Counted from the first letter of the stretch, positions 28,165 to 38,212 are shown. The stretch: DNA of 64,000 nucleotides from a virus (IMGVR_UViG_3300050120_000213:35511-99510), one strand, 5' to 3'. Notes: generated from the sequence alone by a model not told the origin. Made by a program: numbers and translations.

Positions 28165-29699
28165 TACTTAAACGCCATTTTTACACCGGGTTTAACCGGC
28201 ACCACCCCGGCGCTGCCTTCTGGGGCCAATATTGGGGCGGGCATCGTATTCACGGAATCCGACCGGCTCAACTGATCAAGTGGCTTAGGTTCCGCTGTAG
28301 GCTCTGGCGGAACGTAATTGCGTAAAGCCTCTATATCCAGACTCATCTCATGCTTGAACAACAGTTTCTGTTCGTTAAAGTTGTCCTGAATCCACTGCAC
28401 CATGGATGCCTTGTTGTCCGGGTCGAGTACCGGGAGCATTACTTCGGCTGCAGTTACAATAGCCTTGATTCTGGCCTCGTCTACCTTAACTAGTTCCGAT
28501 TCCGGCTCAATCAATAGGCTAGGCCATGCCGCTTCAAAGCTATTGACCCACTGATAAAATGCCGTCAGGTAAGGAACATCTTTATATTCAGGGAATTCTG
28601 CTTGTATCGTCTTGTAAAAGTCAGGATTCCAAGCGCGGAACTGTACGATCCTATCGAAGAAATCGTACAAGGGCTGCATCTCCGAACGAATCCCTTCGAT
28701 ATATCGAGCCACGCCCTTGGCGTCTTCCGTGCCCTCACCAAACCCGCCAGCAAACGTCTCGTTGTTCAAGATCAGCGCGGGCATACTGGCGCTGGCGGCA
28801 ATGTTCTCCAGAATGTTTTTACGGGCAGTGGTCATCGCGGTATCGACGTTCTGCAGGTTCAATGACTCAATCTTGTCCTCGTGCCCAATGCTCAACACAT
28901 TGCCGGTTTCAGCTTCTTTCAGGAAATTACGCTTAACCGCAATCAAGCCCATGGTGACTTTATCAACAAAAGCCCCTGCTTGTTTGATCATCGCCACTAG
29001 CACCCCGGCCTTGCGGGTCACCAGATCGTCGGTAATCATCGACTGCACAAATGACTTCAGCGGGAATAGCGCCCGCTGGTAGACCGAACGTCCCACGAAA
29101 CCAAATGCTGAAGTCGTGTAGGCAATGTAAATCGGTTCTTCATTGGACACTACGCAGGCACGACTACGGTGATAGGCTTGGCCCGACACCGCAATCGAGG
29201 TGTGCTTTTGAAAGTCCGGGGAATTAGGATTCTGGTTCAACACCAAACTACCTGACGTATTCAGTGGGTCTAGCACGTTGAAATAGATATTCAGCCCCGG
29301 CAAATCTTGGGGTTTGATCGGGCGGTCAGTTGGCACTCCCTCCGCACCGTACACAATCGCGGATATGCCGTAGATGCGGCTTAGACGCATCGTATTGAAA
29401 ATGTGCTTATCCGCGTTAAGGGATTTCCATTCATCCTGAAACGCCTTGCGCACCTTGTCTTCGGGGCCTTCGGGGATCGAGATGTCTCGCTGCTGGCTCT
29501 GGGCAATATTGAGCGGCATTTCCACCATCTTGGCACCCAGCGGGTGGTAGAGGTAGATTACCTTGCACAGTTGGTATGATGCGTCTGCCCCCGGCTCAAT
29601 GCCCCCGGTGGTGAGCAGAGACTGTAATTGAGTACCTAAAGCACTGCCAGTAATACCAAAGGAGGCATTACCGTTGCCTTCGGTTTGGATGTCAGACAT
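28164..29699 (-). CDS. portal protein (DUF1073-like)
   Basis: 511 aa, SRIYG, GFVGRSV, IAASASMP, GTED. Confidence 0.85.
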   Translation of the reverse strand: MSDIQTEGNGNASFGITGSALGTQLQSLLTTGGIEPGADASYQLCKVIYLYHPLGAKMVEMPLNIAQSQQRDISIPEGPEDKVRKAFQDEWKSLNADKHIFNTMRLSRIYGISAIVYGAEGVPTDRPIKPQDLPGLNIYFNVLDPLNTSGSLVLNQNPNSPDFQKHTSIAVSGQAYHRSRACVVSNEEPIYIAYTTSAFGFVGRSVYQRALFPLKSFVQSMITDDLVTRKAGVLVAMIKQAGAFVDKVTMGLIAVKRNFLKEAETGNVLSIGHEDKIESLNLQNVDTAMTTARKNILENIAASASMPALILNNETFAGGFGEGTEDAKGVARYIEGIRSEMQPLYDFFDRIVQFRAWNPDFYKTIQAEFPEYKDVPYLTAFYQWVNSFEAAWPSLLIEPESELVKVDEARIKAIVTAAEVMLPVLDPDNKASMVQWIQDNFNEQKLLFKHEMSLDIEALRNYVPPEPTAEPKPLDQLSRSDSVNTMPAPILAPEGSAGVVPVKPGVKMAFK

Positions 29700-29799
29700 T
29701 CGTACTCCCGCTAAAATATGGCGAATTCTTCCGTCGTGACATTGTACGGTTCAGCAGGTCTACTTGCCTACTCATAAGAATTGCAATCAATTGCAAAAC

Positions 29800-30015
29800 T
29801 CAGTACTTCCATTTGACTGTGCCCAATATTGTGTAGTTTTTACCCACTTTCTTAAATGTGCCACTCGTTAATAATCCGGGATACGGCTCTGAATACGCCG
29901 AACAACATGTCATCTGGTAGGTAATGGGGTCTACATTAGGCACAACAATACACCCAGATAACCCCAGGCATAAAAAAGCCACCCGAAGGTGGCAAAGGCG
30001 AAGACAGTAGAACAT
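29800..30015 (-). CDS. possible small lipoprotein
   Basis: Lipobox LSGC, but the ORF overlaps a terminator. Confidence 0.3.
   Translation of the reverse strand: MFYCLRLCHLRVAFLCLGLSGCIVVPNVDPITYQMTCCSAYSEPYPGLLTSGTFKKVGKNYTILGTVKWKY
29972..29993 (-). terminator. intrinsic terminator
   Basis: GCCACC-TTCG-GGTGGC followed by T6. Confidence 0.8.
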
Positions 30016-30016
30016 G

Positions 30017-30400
30017 TCAAGCTATCCAAACAGGTTGTGCTCCATGCACGTTGCCTTGCGCGTTCGGGTAGACAGGCAAAATTCCGGTATTCGTACCTAC
30101 CACATAAACGGGAATCGCTGCCGCATCGTGGGTAGGATCATTCGAGTGTGCACCCGCAGCGGGCTGAGCTACTACCCTGATTGGAATCGCACCACGATTT
30201 ACCCCCGTGGTGCTCGTACCTTGATTGTTCGGGTAGGGGGGATTGCCGGTCGGGGCTGCCACTTCATACACTGGGGTAGCGCCCCCGGTTAAATTCTTAT
30301 TATTCGGGTACGGGCCAGTAGCAGCAGGGGGCACATCGATCCACACAGGAATCGACGCGGCGGCGTTACCTTGACTATTAGGGTTACCCGGGAATCCCAT
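30017..30400 (-). CDS. repeat protein (5x PN..G...A.PV[WY])
   Basis: Five internal repeats of about 24 aa. Confidence 0.7.
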   Translation of the reverse strand: MGFPGNPNSQGNAAASIPVWIDVPPAATGPYPNNKNLTGGATPVYEVAAPTGNPPYPNNQGTSTTGVNRGAIPIRVVAQPAAGAHSNDPTHDAAAIPVYVVGTNTGILPVYPNAQGNVHGAQPVWIA

Positions 30401-30408
30401 GTCACACC

Positions 30409-31053
30409 TCAGAATTTATAACGTGCCACCAGCAGATACGTCCCGGTCCAGATACCCGGTGAAGGGCTGCCTTTAGTCCGATCAAAGAAGTACTGAAAAG
30501 CTAGGCTGTAGGGGCCACGCCCTACCGATGCCCCAAGCACCGCGCCAACTTGTACCGTAGAAGCATAACGGTAAGTGGTGCTACCGTAGGGGTTGGAGAT
30601 GGTCACTGACCACTGCGGCACAAAAATAAACGGGCCTGCTTCAGCCGCTAAGCGAAAACCATAGTACTCATGGTGAACTTCGCCTGTGAGCGCAATCCCG
30701 ATAATCGAGCCACTGCCATGCATGGTTTCGGTCGGGGCGCATGGGCCGTTACAACCCCCGGTTGACGGGCTATAGTTGGCGTCACTGGAGTCTACCGTTG
30801 CATCGGTCTTTACACTGCCCAGATCCACTAAATCTGCGTGCCAACCAAAGGAACTACCGATATCACCAGTGACGCCAAATTCAAACGCGGGCTCGTGCAA
30901 CGACAACGAGTGCGGGAAGTTCGGGCCGTCCTCGTAGTACACACCATTCCCAGAATCAGGGAAATAGGATTCCCCAACGCCACCCTCAAATTGCCACGCA
31001 TATGCGCCATAGGTGATCAGGCTAAGCAAGCAACCGACAATTATCTTTTTCAT
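30409..31053 (-). CDS. outer-membrane beta-barrel protein
   Basis: Signal peptide ending AYA, alternating beta strands, C-terminal ARYKF Bam signal. Confidence 0.75.
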   Translation of the reverse strand: MKKIIVGCLLSLITYGAYAWQFEGGVGESYFPDSGNGVYYEDGPNFPHSLSLHEPAFEFGVTGDIGSSFGWHADLVDLGSVKTDATVDSSDANYSPSTGGCNGPCAPTETMHGSGSIIGIALTGEVHHEYYGFRLAAEAGPFIFVPQWSVTISNPYGSTTYRYASTVQVGAVLGASVGRGPYSLAFQYFFDRTKGSPSPGIWTGTYLLVARYKF

Positions 31054-31069
31054 CGCAAGCCCCTAACCC

Positions 31070-31540
31070 TCAAATAGCCACGAACACCGACAGAATTAAC
31101 AGTAAATCATCCGGGGCAATCTTATTCGCGGGAGCGCTCAGGGGATGAACAAAACCACTGGCCACCAGCCCCGCCGAATTCAACTCTGAACAAAACCAGC
31201 TATCAGCTTCGTTCCAATTGCGGCCAAAGACAAACGCAGCAATAGCGGTTTCATCGTAAGGCTTGCCGATCTGGGAAGTAACAAACGCATAGTACGCCGC
31301 TGCAATCGGATCGGTGGTGGGCACCAGTACGCGCTTGGTAACCTTGCCCGCCACATATTCCGAAGGGCGGATTTGCACACCTTTGGGAATACCGTTATAT
31401 ACGTCGTCACGAGCACCCAGCAACGAGCCATCTGGCATTACCGAATCCACATGGGAGTACTGGCCATGATCAAACCATTCAATTGCTTGTGAGCCAAACG
31501 ATTTATCGTCACTCACGAACTGCATGATAATCGCACCCAT
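31070..31540 (-). CDS. permuted papain-like NlpC/P60 amidase (YiiX-like)
   Basis: YSHVD...QIGKPYD...WFCSEL. Confidence 0.85.
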   Translation of the reverse strand: MGAIIMQFVSDDKSFGSQAIEWFDHGQYSHVDSVMPDGSLLGARDDVYNGIPKGVQIRPSEYVAGKVTKRVLVPTTDPIAAAYYAFVTSQIGKPYDETAIAAFVFGRNWNEADSWFCSELNSAGLVASGFVHPLSAPANKIAPDDLLLILSVFVAI

Positions 31541-31611
31541 TTTCTCTCCCAGCGAACATAAAAAGAGCGGCTAAGCTGCCTGTGCTAGCACAACTTGCCG
31601 CGATGCTACGC

Positions 31612-31956
31612 TTAAGCGCCCGGTGCAGCGGGAGCAGCGCCAACCAAGCCTGCAGCGATTTCAGCCGGGGTCGGCAACGGTGCCGGGGTGAGCTTGGCGA
31701 CGCCAGCCGCGATGATGGCTTGTACAACATTGGCAAGCGTGGTGGTGCTGGTACTTTCGATTTGCGGCAAGGTTGCTTGCAACGCGGCGAGGGCTGCCGT
31801 GCCTTTCAGGAAGCCAGACGCCGGGTTGGTCCATACTGCCGGATTTGCGGCAATATCAGCCAGGGTCGAATTCACGACAGGCAAAGCCGCAACAACGGCA
31901 TTGTTCAAAAGCAATTCGCCCAGTTGGGCTAGTGCGGTATCAGTGCTGGTGGTCAT
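31612..31956 (-). CDS. hypothetical Ala-rich protein
   Basis: AGGAG RBS, start MTTSTD. Confidence 0.65.
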   Translation of the reverse strand: MTTSTDTALAQLGELLLNNAVVAALPVVNSTLADIAANPAVWTNPASGFLKGTAALAALQATLPQIESTSTTTLANVVQAIIAAGVAKLTPAPLPTPAEIAAGLVGAAPAAPGA

Positions 31957-32038
31957 AATCAACTCCTTTGGGGTGGGTAAATTTACTACGGGCAATTCTA
32001 CAGCATCTTTTTGAGTCTCGGCCCCTGTTTGGGCCGCA

Positions 32039-32230
32039 TCACTGCGACGAAGGGGGTGCCCCCTTGGAAGCGTTATACCCCATCAATCCGCCGTAACCGC
32101 TGATGCTGGCGGCCAACCCCATCAAAAGTGACTTTAATAGCACATCGTCAATCTTGAGGTAGTCCATCAGCACCAGCATGATGAGAAGCACAAACACAGA
32201 AAGTTCTTTTTTCACGGCTTCTAAGTTCAT
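32039..32230 (-). CDS. small two-TM membrane protein (holin-like)
   Basis: LSVFVLLIMLVLM and LLMGLAASISGYGG helices. Confidence 0.55.
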   Translation of the reverse strand: MNLEAVKKELSVFVLLIMLVLMDYLKIDDVLLKSLLMGLAASISGYGGLMGYNASKGAPPSSQ

Positions 32231-32240
32231 CACTGGCTCT

Positions 32241-32663
32241 TTAGAGAACTGCCACACACACGAGGCGTAAGGTCCGCGAGTCCTGCCGACCAATCGGTGT
32301 GGAATTGGTAAGCCACGAAAACGTGATCAGATAGGTCGTGCCAACCACGCCACCACCAATCCAGCCCGTTAGCAAACTCCCCGATACTCCCTCGGGATTT
32401 GCAGTAATCGTTTGAGACAAGATCTCTACATCCCCAGTGCCGGTAGGCGTACCACCATCTGAAGTCACGGTAAGTTCAATCACTTCTTCCCCTGGGGCCA
32501 ACCACGGAACCAGCGTGACTCCAGGCGGGGTCCACGGGTCATTCGACGGCTCAGCCTCTGGACTGAGATCAAAACCGTAATTCAGCACCGCACTAGGGAG
32601 CTTACTTACGGTCGGGATCTTTAGCGGAATAACTGGCGGGCAATATGCCACAATCAAGCCCAC
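32241..32663 (-). CDS. fibre-tail adaptor-like protein
   Basis: K.P.AVLNYGFD...WL..GE...WIGGG..GTTY...RQDSRT. Confidence 0.65.
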   Translation of the reverse strand: MGLIVAYCPPVIPLKIPTVSKLPSAVLNYGFDLSPEAEPSNDPWTPPGVTLVPWLAPGEEVIELTVTSDGGTPTGTGDVEILSQTITANPEGVSGSLLTGWIGGGVVGTTYLITFSWLTNSTPIGRQDSRTLRLVCVAVL

Positions 32664-33280
32664 GTGATCGTGAATGCCGCTGCCGGGAAGTTGGGGGCCG
32701 CGTCACCATTGTTGATCGTCTTCGGGTTAGTCAACATCGACCACACGATAATATTGCCAGCCGACGAGGCATCAGCCAAGAACATGCCCACCACAATCCC
32801 GGTTTGAGCGCTGGTAGGCGCACCGAACGTAATGATGTTGTTATTGCTGGTTTGGCCGCTGGTGCCGGTCGAAGCCGTGGTGCTGCCTGCACTTTGGGTG
32901 CCGGACCAGTCCGCCAGAGACGAAGCCTGAGTGACACGACCGTAGCCGGTGTAGCTAGCCTCGGTAAAGGTACCAGCCAGCAACGACGGGGTTTGCTCCG
33001 TCCACACTACCGAGCCATCTGTAACCGTACCACCAGACGTAGTAGGCCACGTCGGAGCCGTGCCGCCAGAAGTACCGCCCGTAGTCGCTTTATACAAGTG
33101 ACCATTCGGCGTTGCCGGTATCACGGTTTGGCCCGTGGTGTACACCGTGCTAACTGCAGCAAAACCATTCGAAGCAATAAACAACCCATAAAACAGGGAG
33201 GTGGGGATCGCCGTTGTCTGCCCACGAAACAGGTTATCAACCAGAAAGTGATTGACGGTGTAATTCGTCATTGCGGTCAT
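32654..33280 (-). CDS. fibre/structural protein with inserted carbohydrate-binding-like module
   Basis: MTNY...LF, Y.RV, ITF, DASSAGN, KTINNGD; insert NGHLYKATTGGTSG..PTWPT..G.TVTDGSVVW. Confidence 0.7.
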   Translation of the reverse strand: MTAMTNYTVNHFLVDNLFRGQTTAIPTSLFYGLFIASNGFAAVSTVYTTGQTVIPATPNGHLYKATTGGTSGGTAPTWPTTSGGTVTDGSVVWTEQTPSLLAGTFTEASYTGYGRVTQASSLADWSGTQSAGSTTASTGTSGQTSNNNIITFGAPTSAQTGIVVGMFLADASSAGNIIVWSMLTNPKTINNGDAAPNFPAAAFTITWA

Positions 33281-33331
33281 GACAAAGCTCCAAAAATTAG
33301 AGAATCCGGGTTACCGAATGGACATGCGGGG

Positions 33332-34714
33332 CTAGGCCGCCACGTCGAATATCCTAGACTCAGAGGTTACATTAAAAACTCTTATCTCGGAATAGACATT
33401 TGACGATTGGAAGTCATCTACCGCTGTGCCCAACGTGGCTGTGGCAGTCGAAGTTTCTACCCCAACAAAGAAATTCTGGGTCAGTCGGGCGGTAGCGGTG
33501 TTGCTTTCCACCGTAGATGCCGCCAACAAAATCCCAGTATCCAGCGGGGCTTTGACTACAGACTGTTCAATGGCTTGGGCGGCAAACGTCACTACCGCAA
33601 CAATCGTGTTGGTGGCGGTGCTACTTTCATTTGCGGCGGCACGTAAAGTCAGGCTGGTGTGTAAGTTCACACTCGGGGTGCTGAACTCGGATGCCGTTGC
33701 AATCAATTGCAATGACGTACTTAGCCGAGCAGTTGTCAGCAATTGCTCTTTAGCCACAGAACTTAGGGTTAAATTAGTCTCTAACCCCGGAGTGCCCGTG
33801 CTTGATTCCCTGGCTGTGGCTGCCAACGTCGTTGCCGCAACAAGATGTGCGCCAGCCCCACTCGATTCTGCCGATGCCGACAGTAGCTGTATCGAGGTGG
33901 CTAGTGCAGGCTGGCCCACCGAATGCTCAACAGCAGGGGCCGCCAACGTGGTGTGAGTCTCTAATTGCGAAGCACTAAACGACCCCTCGTTAGCTGCTGC
34001 CACCATTTGAATTGAGGTGTGCAGGCTCTCCGTAGCGGCGCTCGTTTCACTGGCCGCTGCTTTGAAATTCACCACAGCTACTATTAAAGACCCCGCTGCA
34101 CTAGATTCTATGGCTTGAGCTTTTACCGTAATCGAAGTACCGAGCGCGGACAGGTCTGTACTAATTTCTTGGGCAGACGCCGCAACAAGAATGCTGGTAG
34201 CTAAATTGGAGGCACCTAACGAATTTTCTACCGCAGCGGCTGCAGCAGCATTTGAAAGCGCGGCAGTGCTTTTGCTTTTCTCTTTTGCGCCTGCGGCCAT
34301 GGCAGCGCTAAGCCCAGCGGTAACTAGGCTGATCTCTGTTGAAGCCGCCGCTAAATTAATGCTCGTGCGTAGGTTAGACGAAGTACTACTAGTTTCAGTG
34401 GCCGCCGTACTCAGGCTGCTAAGCATGTTCGCCATAGCTGACGAAGATTCACTCGCTACAGCCACTAGGGCAATACTGGTTTTAAGCGGAGCAACAGCCG
34501 TTGCGGATTCAGTTCCTTGAGTAGCCAGCAACAGGTTATTAACTAGAGCGGGGATACTCGTAGATACTTCTGTGGCGGCTGCCCCTAGAGTAATACTGGT
34601 GGTTAATGGGGCGGCTGTTGTTGGTTGCTCAACAGCATCAGCAGACAAGTAAATGCCCGCCCCGAGGTTTTCGGAGATTCCTCGCTCTGAGATCGCGCCG
34701 AAACCTAAAGGCAT
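33332..34714 (-). CDS. Ala/Ser/Thr-rich repeat fibre protein
   Basis: About 19-aa repeats L.TSI.L.A.A.E.S; N-terminal LGFGAISE. Confidence 0.75.
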   Translation of the reverse strand: MPLGFGAISERGISENLGAGIYLSADAVEQPTTAAPLTTSITLGAAATEVSTSIPALVNNLLLATQGTESATAVAPLKTSIALVAVASESSSAMANMLSSLSTAATETSSTSSNLRTSINLAAASTEISLVTAGLSAAMAAGAKEKSKSTAALSNAAAAAAVENSLGASNLATSILVAASAQEISTDLSALGTSITVKAQAIESSAAGSLIVAVVNFKAAASETSAATESLHTSIQMVAAANEGSFSASQLETHTTLAAPAVEHSVGQPALATSIQLLSASAESSGAGAHLVAATTLAATARESSTGTPGLETNLTLSSVAKEQLLTTARLSTSLQLIATASEFSTPSVNLHTSLTLRAAANESSTATNTIVAVVTFAAQAIEQSVVKAPLDTGILLAASTVESNTATARLTQNFFVGVETSTATATLGTAVDDFQSSNVYSEIRVFNVTSESRIFDVAA

Positions 34715-34734
34715 AACTTACCAGTAATAGTTAA

Positions 34735-35412
34735 TTAAGGATTGGGAGTTGGCCACACAATCACCTGTACCCCCGCCACAGTTTGGTTAGGGGCCTTAAC
34801 TTGTGCTTTTAGCGTTTGTAATATCTGAAACGCCATCGCCCCCTGGGTACCAAATGCCACCGCTAACCCTTGCATATCCGCGTAGGTAAATGGTACTTGG
34901 GTATTATCTGCTGATACCCAATAAAACCCAAACGGAACAGTTGCTGATGCCCCAAACGCCAATAGCATCTGGGTTAAATTCGCCACGCTCTGGAGGGTAG
35001 CTTGATAGGTTTTTGTTATCCCGCCCTGGCTCTTATAAGGTACAGGTTGCTGAATAGCGACGTTATACGCGGCAGTCAGGGTGGCAATTTGCGTTGCTTG
35101 CACTTGTGCCAGCGTAGGAGGCGGGGGTGTTAGAGCAAATCCTATTGGCAATGCCCCAAGTGCCTCTACCACTTCAGACGCACCCGTGCTCTGGTCATAT
35201 ACAGTCTGCCCGATGTAATCATCTTGCAATGACCAAGCACCCTCGGCAAAAATAGCGATCTGATTCTCCCCAGGGGTTGGCGGGGGGGCATCAGTCGAAA
35301 AAATGGGTTCGATAAACACCCCCGGCTCAAGCGGACTTTCTTGAGCTTCATATACCCCAGCATAAGCGCCAGTTACAGCGTCATACAAATAGACGGTTTT
35401 CATCGTGCTCAA
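34735..35412 (-). CDS. tail fibre assembly chaperone (Tfa) with DUF4376-like domain
   Basis: VYLYD..TG.Y, SPLEPGVF, W.L..D..G; FYWVSADN. Confidence 0.8.
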   Translation of the reverse strand: MSTMKTVYLYDAVTGAYAGVYEAQESPLEPGVFIEPIFSTDAPPPTPGENQIAIFAEGAWSLQDDYIGQTVYDQSTGASEVVEALGALPIGFALTPPPPTLAQVQATQIATLTAAYNVAIQQPVPYKSQGGITKTYQATLQSVANLTQMLLAFGASATVPFGFYWVSADNTQVPFTYADMQGLAVAFGTQGAMAFQILQTLKAQVKAPNQTVAGVQVIVWPTPNP

Positions 35413-35414
35413 CC

Positions 35415-36143
35415 TTAGAATTTGATGGCAAAGTTAAACCCCACACCGGCTGCTAAGTTAGCAGCGCCACCTGTAGAAGTCGTAGTACCTCCCGAAGCGC
35501 CGTCGCCTACAAATGCAGGGCTACCGCCCGACTCGTAGCCGATTTCCAAATCGATGAAATCCCCAATTGTATGGAAGTGAGAAATAACTGAACCCACCGA
35601 CTGCGCCGCTAGAGTTCCCTGTACAAAGGTGTACCCACTAGGCAAAAACGGCAGGCCAAATGTGGTTGAGCCATCGCCTGCACCCCAAGTAGTTCCCAGG
35701 ACCGCAAACAACGGCGCGAAGGTGGTGCGGCTTACGGTCGTTGCCGCTGTTGGTATAGCCAGATATCCGGCTGGAACCGTTGCTCCGGCATAGACTATGA
35801 TTGACCCCACCTGCGTCATGGCTACACTGGAAGCAATGACGTCAATCCACACCTGGGTCGTGCCTGCAGCTAATGAAACTAGCGCGCCAGCATTACTAGA
35901 GGACGTGACGGTGGTACGTGTCAGGGTATTACCCGAAGTGGTGTACGTGCCTAGCCCGCACTCCCAATTTCCTGTTGGCGTGCCCGAACTATTAACCGCC
36001 TGTAGTGCGTAGTAGCACGTGTCGGCATTAGAGCAAACTGAAGAAAAGGCACGAAACCCCGTAATTGCACCTGCTAGGGACAACGCCCCCGTGCCGGTGG
36101 TGGTCGTGGTTTCTTTAACTCGGTCTTGGATTTGCAGCGTCAT
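35415..36143 (-). CDS. fibre protein with tail collar domain
   Basis: DRVKETTTTTGTG N-terminus; VSRTTFAPLFAVLGTTWGAGDGSTTFGLP collar. Confidence 0.85.
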   Translation of the reverse strand: MTLQIQDRVKETTTTTGTGALSLAGAITGFRAFSSVCSNADTCYYALQAVNSSGTPTGNWECGLGTYTTSGNTLTRTTVTSSSNAGALVSLAAGTTQVWIDVIASSVAMTQVGSIIVYAGATVPAGYLAIPTAATTVSRTTFAPLFAVLGTTWGAGDGSTTFGLPFLPSGYTFVQGTLAAQSVGSVISHFHTIGDFIDLEIGYESGGSPAFVGDGASGGTTTSTGGAANLAAGVGFNFAIKF

Positions 36144-36230
36144 ACCGCACCTATTCTAAATTGAGCGTGTCCGCCCGGTCTGTCCGTAGAGTACCATTTG
36201 AACCCACTATTCAGGAACCCTGGCGTTGCC

Positions 36231-38090
36231 TCACTTTATGCCCCTATAGCCCCGATATACCTTATAAACCCGCGTTTCTGCATATACCGGCACCGGTTTG
36301 CGAGGCGCAACAAGGGTTCCTAGTAGGGCAGTTGTGCTCGATGTCTGTACCGCCCCGGCTGCCAAATGCTCTTTGACGTCGATAAACGACGCCGTAGCAA
36401 ACGAGCTTTCATTGGCTACGGCGGCCAGCATCAACACCGTTTGCAGGTCCACCACAGCCACACTGACTTCTTGTGCATCGGCACTGAGTACGTTTGCGGT
36501 ATCTAATCCAACTTGTGCGGCGGAAAACTCTAAAGCATCTGCCGATAGCAGCACCCCAGTGCTTAAATCTACCTCAGCCACGACAGTTTCGATGGTTTGG
36601 GCCACCAAATTGATCGAGATAGTTAAATCTACTGAGGTGGTGCTAGTCTCGCTGGCCGTTGCAATCAATTGCAAAACCGTCACCAGTTCCGACGTAGTGG
36701 TGAATTGTTCTACAGCCCCAGCCACTAGCGTTAAATCAACAGCAATAACGGCATTGGCCGTACTAGCCTCAATCGTCGCAGCAGCGAGCGTGGCACTAGG
36801 GCTAGCGAATTCCGCCGACGCTGTAGAATTTTCCGACGAATCGGAGGCCAGCGTGATACTGGTGACTATCCCTATGTTGCTAGTTGACGTCTCTATGGGC
36901 GTAGCCATAAAGATCGTATTAGTCACAAGCGGTGCGGCACTGGTACTGGTCTCAATAGCGGTTACCGCTAAAACAAGATTCGTCGTTAGCTGCGCCGCGC
37001 CCGTTGACGTTTCTGTACTACTTGCCGCCAAGGTGTTTGCCAGCGCCGCGCCCGCCGTGCTCTGTTCGGTAGCCGTTGCAGCAAACGTCGTCACCGCGAT
37101 AAGCGGGGCGGCTGTCGTAGCTACCTCGGACGTCGAGGACTTCATTATTATGGAAGTCGTGAGCGGGGCCGTTACAGTAGCCGTCTCACCCGCCGCAGCG
37201 GCAAACGTATTGGCTAAGGCTGCCGTAGCGAGTGAAGTTTCGACTGCAGCAGGGCTATCAGTGATGCTCGTGGTTAGCGCTGCCACCCCCGTCGATAATT
37301 CAGTTGGAGTGGCACCCAACACTGCCCCGCCGCCACCCGCCGTATAGGTGATCGTGATCTGGCCGCCGCCACCCGCACCGCCCGTGTTGGAACCCGTGTC
37401 ACCCGACCCAGCGCCGCCACCACCGCCGGGAAGTCCGCCCGCTGCGCCGTTACCCGCTGTTGCCCCAGCGATATCCCCGCCGCCACCGCCACCACCACCC
37501 AGGGCGTTAGATGCCCCCGCTGTAGGCCCGACAGTCGAACTAGTGCCGCCAGTGCCGCCAGCACCAGCCCCAGGGCTACTACCGCCCGCCCCGCCTACAG
37601 TAGTGCCACCAGCAGTTCCCACACCCCCTGTACCGGCAGCGCTAGCTGCACCCCCACCACCCGGGCCTGAGTGCGCTGAAGTGCCAGCCCCGCCCGCCCC
37701 ACCAGAGAAGGGGGTTGTGCCCACGCCTGAAGTGCCAACTCCCCCCAACCCGCCAGCCGTGCTGATACTGACAGCCCCGCCCTTCGCACCGACAGAACTA
37801 CCGGCTAGGGTTGTGCCGTTAAACCAAGTATCGGTACCCGCAACTGCGTTTTTGCTTGAAGTTTCTCCGGTGCCGCCAACCCCGATACTAATCGTGATTG
37901 ACGCCCCAGGGGTGACGGTAAGGTTGGCGATGGAGTTATAGCCCCCAGCACCCCCGCCACCTTTAGCACTTGAATTATTATTTGAGGAACCCCCAGACCC
38001 CGCGCCCCATGCCTCTACCAGCGTCAGCGAAGTGACGCCAGCGGGCACTGTCCAGCTAGTACCGGAAGTGAGAACGACGACTGTGGCCAT
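36231..38090 (-). CDS. glycine-rich-domain repeat fibre protein
   Basis: SWTVPAGVTS..VEAWGAG Gly-rich domain followed by repeats like those of 33332-34714. Confidence 0.75.
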   Translation of the reverse strand: MATVVVLTSGTSWTVPAGVTSLTLVEAWGAGSGGSSNNNSSAKGGGGAGGYNSIANLTVTPGASITISIGVGGTGETSSKNAVAGTDTWFNGTTLAGSSVGAKGGAVSISTAGGLGGVGTSGVGTTPFSGGAGGAGTSAHSGPGGGGAASAAGTGGVGTAGGTTVGGAGGSSPGAGAGGTGGTSSTVGPTAGASNALGGGGGGGGDIAGATAGNGAAGGLPGGGGGAGSGDTGSNTGGAGGGGQITITYTAGGGGAVLGATPTELSTGVAALTTSITDSPAAVETSLATAALANTFAAAAGETATVTAPLTTSIIMKSSTSEVATTAAPLIAVTTFAATATEQSTAGAALANTLAASSTETSTGAAQLTTNLVLAVTAIETSTSAAPLVTNTIFMATPIETSTSNIGIVTSITLASDSSENSTASAEFASPSATLAAATIEASTANAVIAVDLTLVAGAVEQFTTTSELVTVLQLIATASETSTTSVDLTISINLVAQTIETVVAEVDLSTGVLLSADALEFSAAQVGLDTANVLSADAQEVSVAVVDLQTVLMLAAVANESSFATASFIDVKEHLAAGAVQTSSTTALLGTLVAPRKPVPVYAETRVYKVYRGYRGIK

Positions 38091-38190
38091 AATACCGAGT
38101 CTAGGGGGGTTAAACTTCTGCAAGAAGTTTAGTCTTTGACGCCCTGACTTGGAATAGCACCTAAAATGGTGGTTTGCGGCCTATAAATAC

Positions 38191-38212
38191 AAAAAGCCAC
38201 CCGAAGGTGGCT
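38191..38212 (-). terminator. intrinsic terminator
   Basis: Hairpin identical to the one at 29978-29993, followed by T5. Confidence 0.8.

Noticed and set aside
28164-29699. Anti-CBASS Acb1 call for the DUF1073-like protein
   Set aside because: Size and position before the Mu F-like gene indicate a portal; no HxT phosphoesterase motifs recognised
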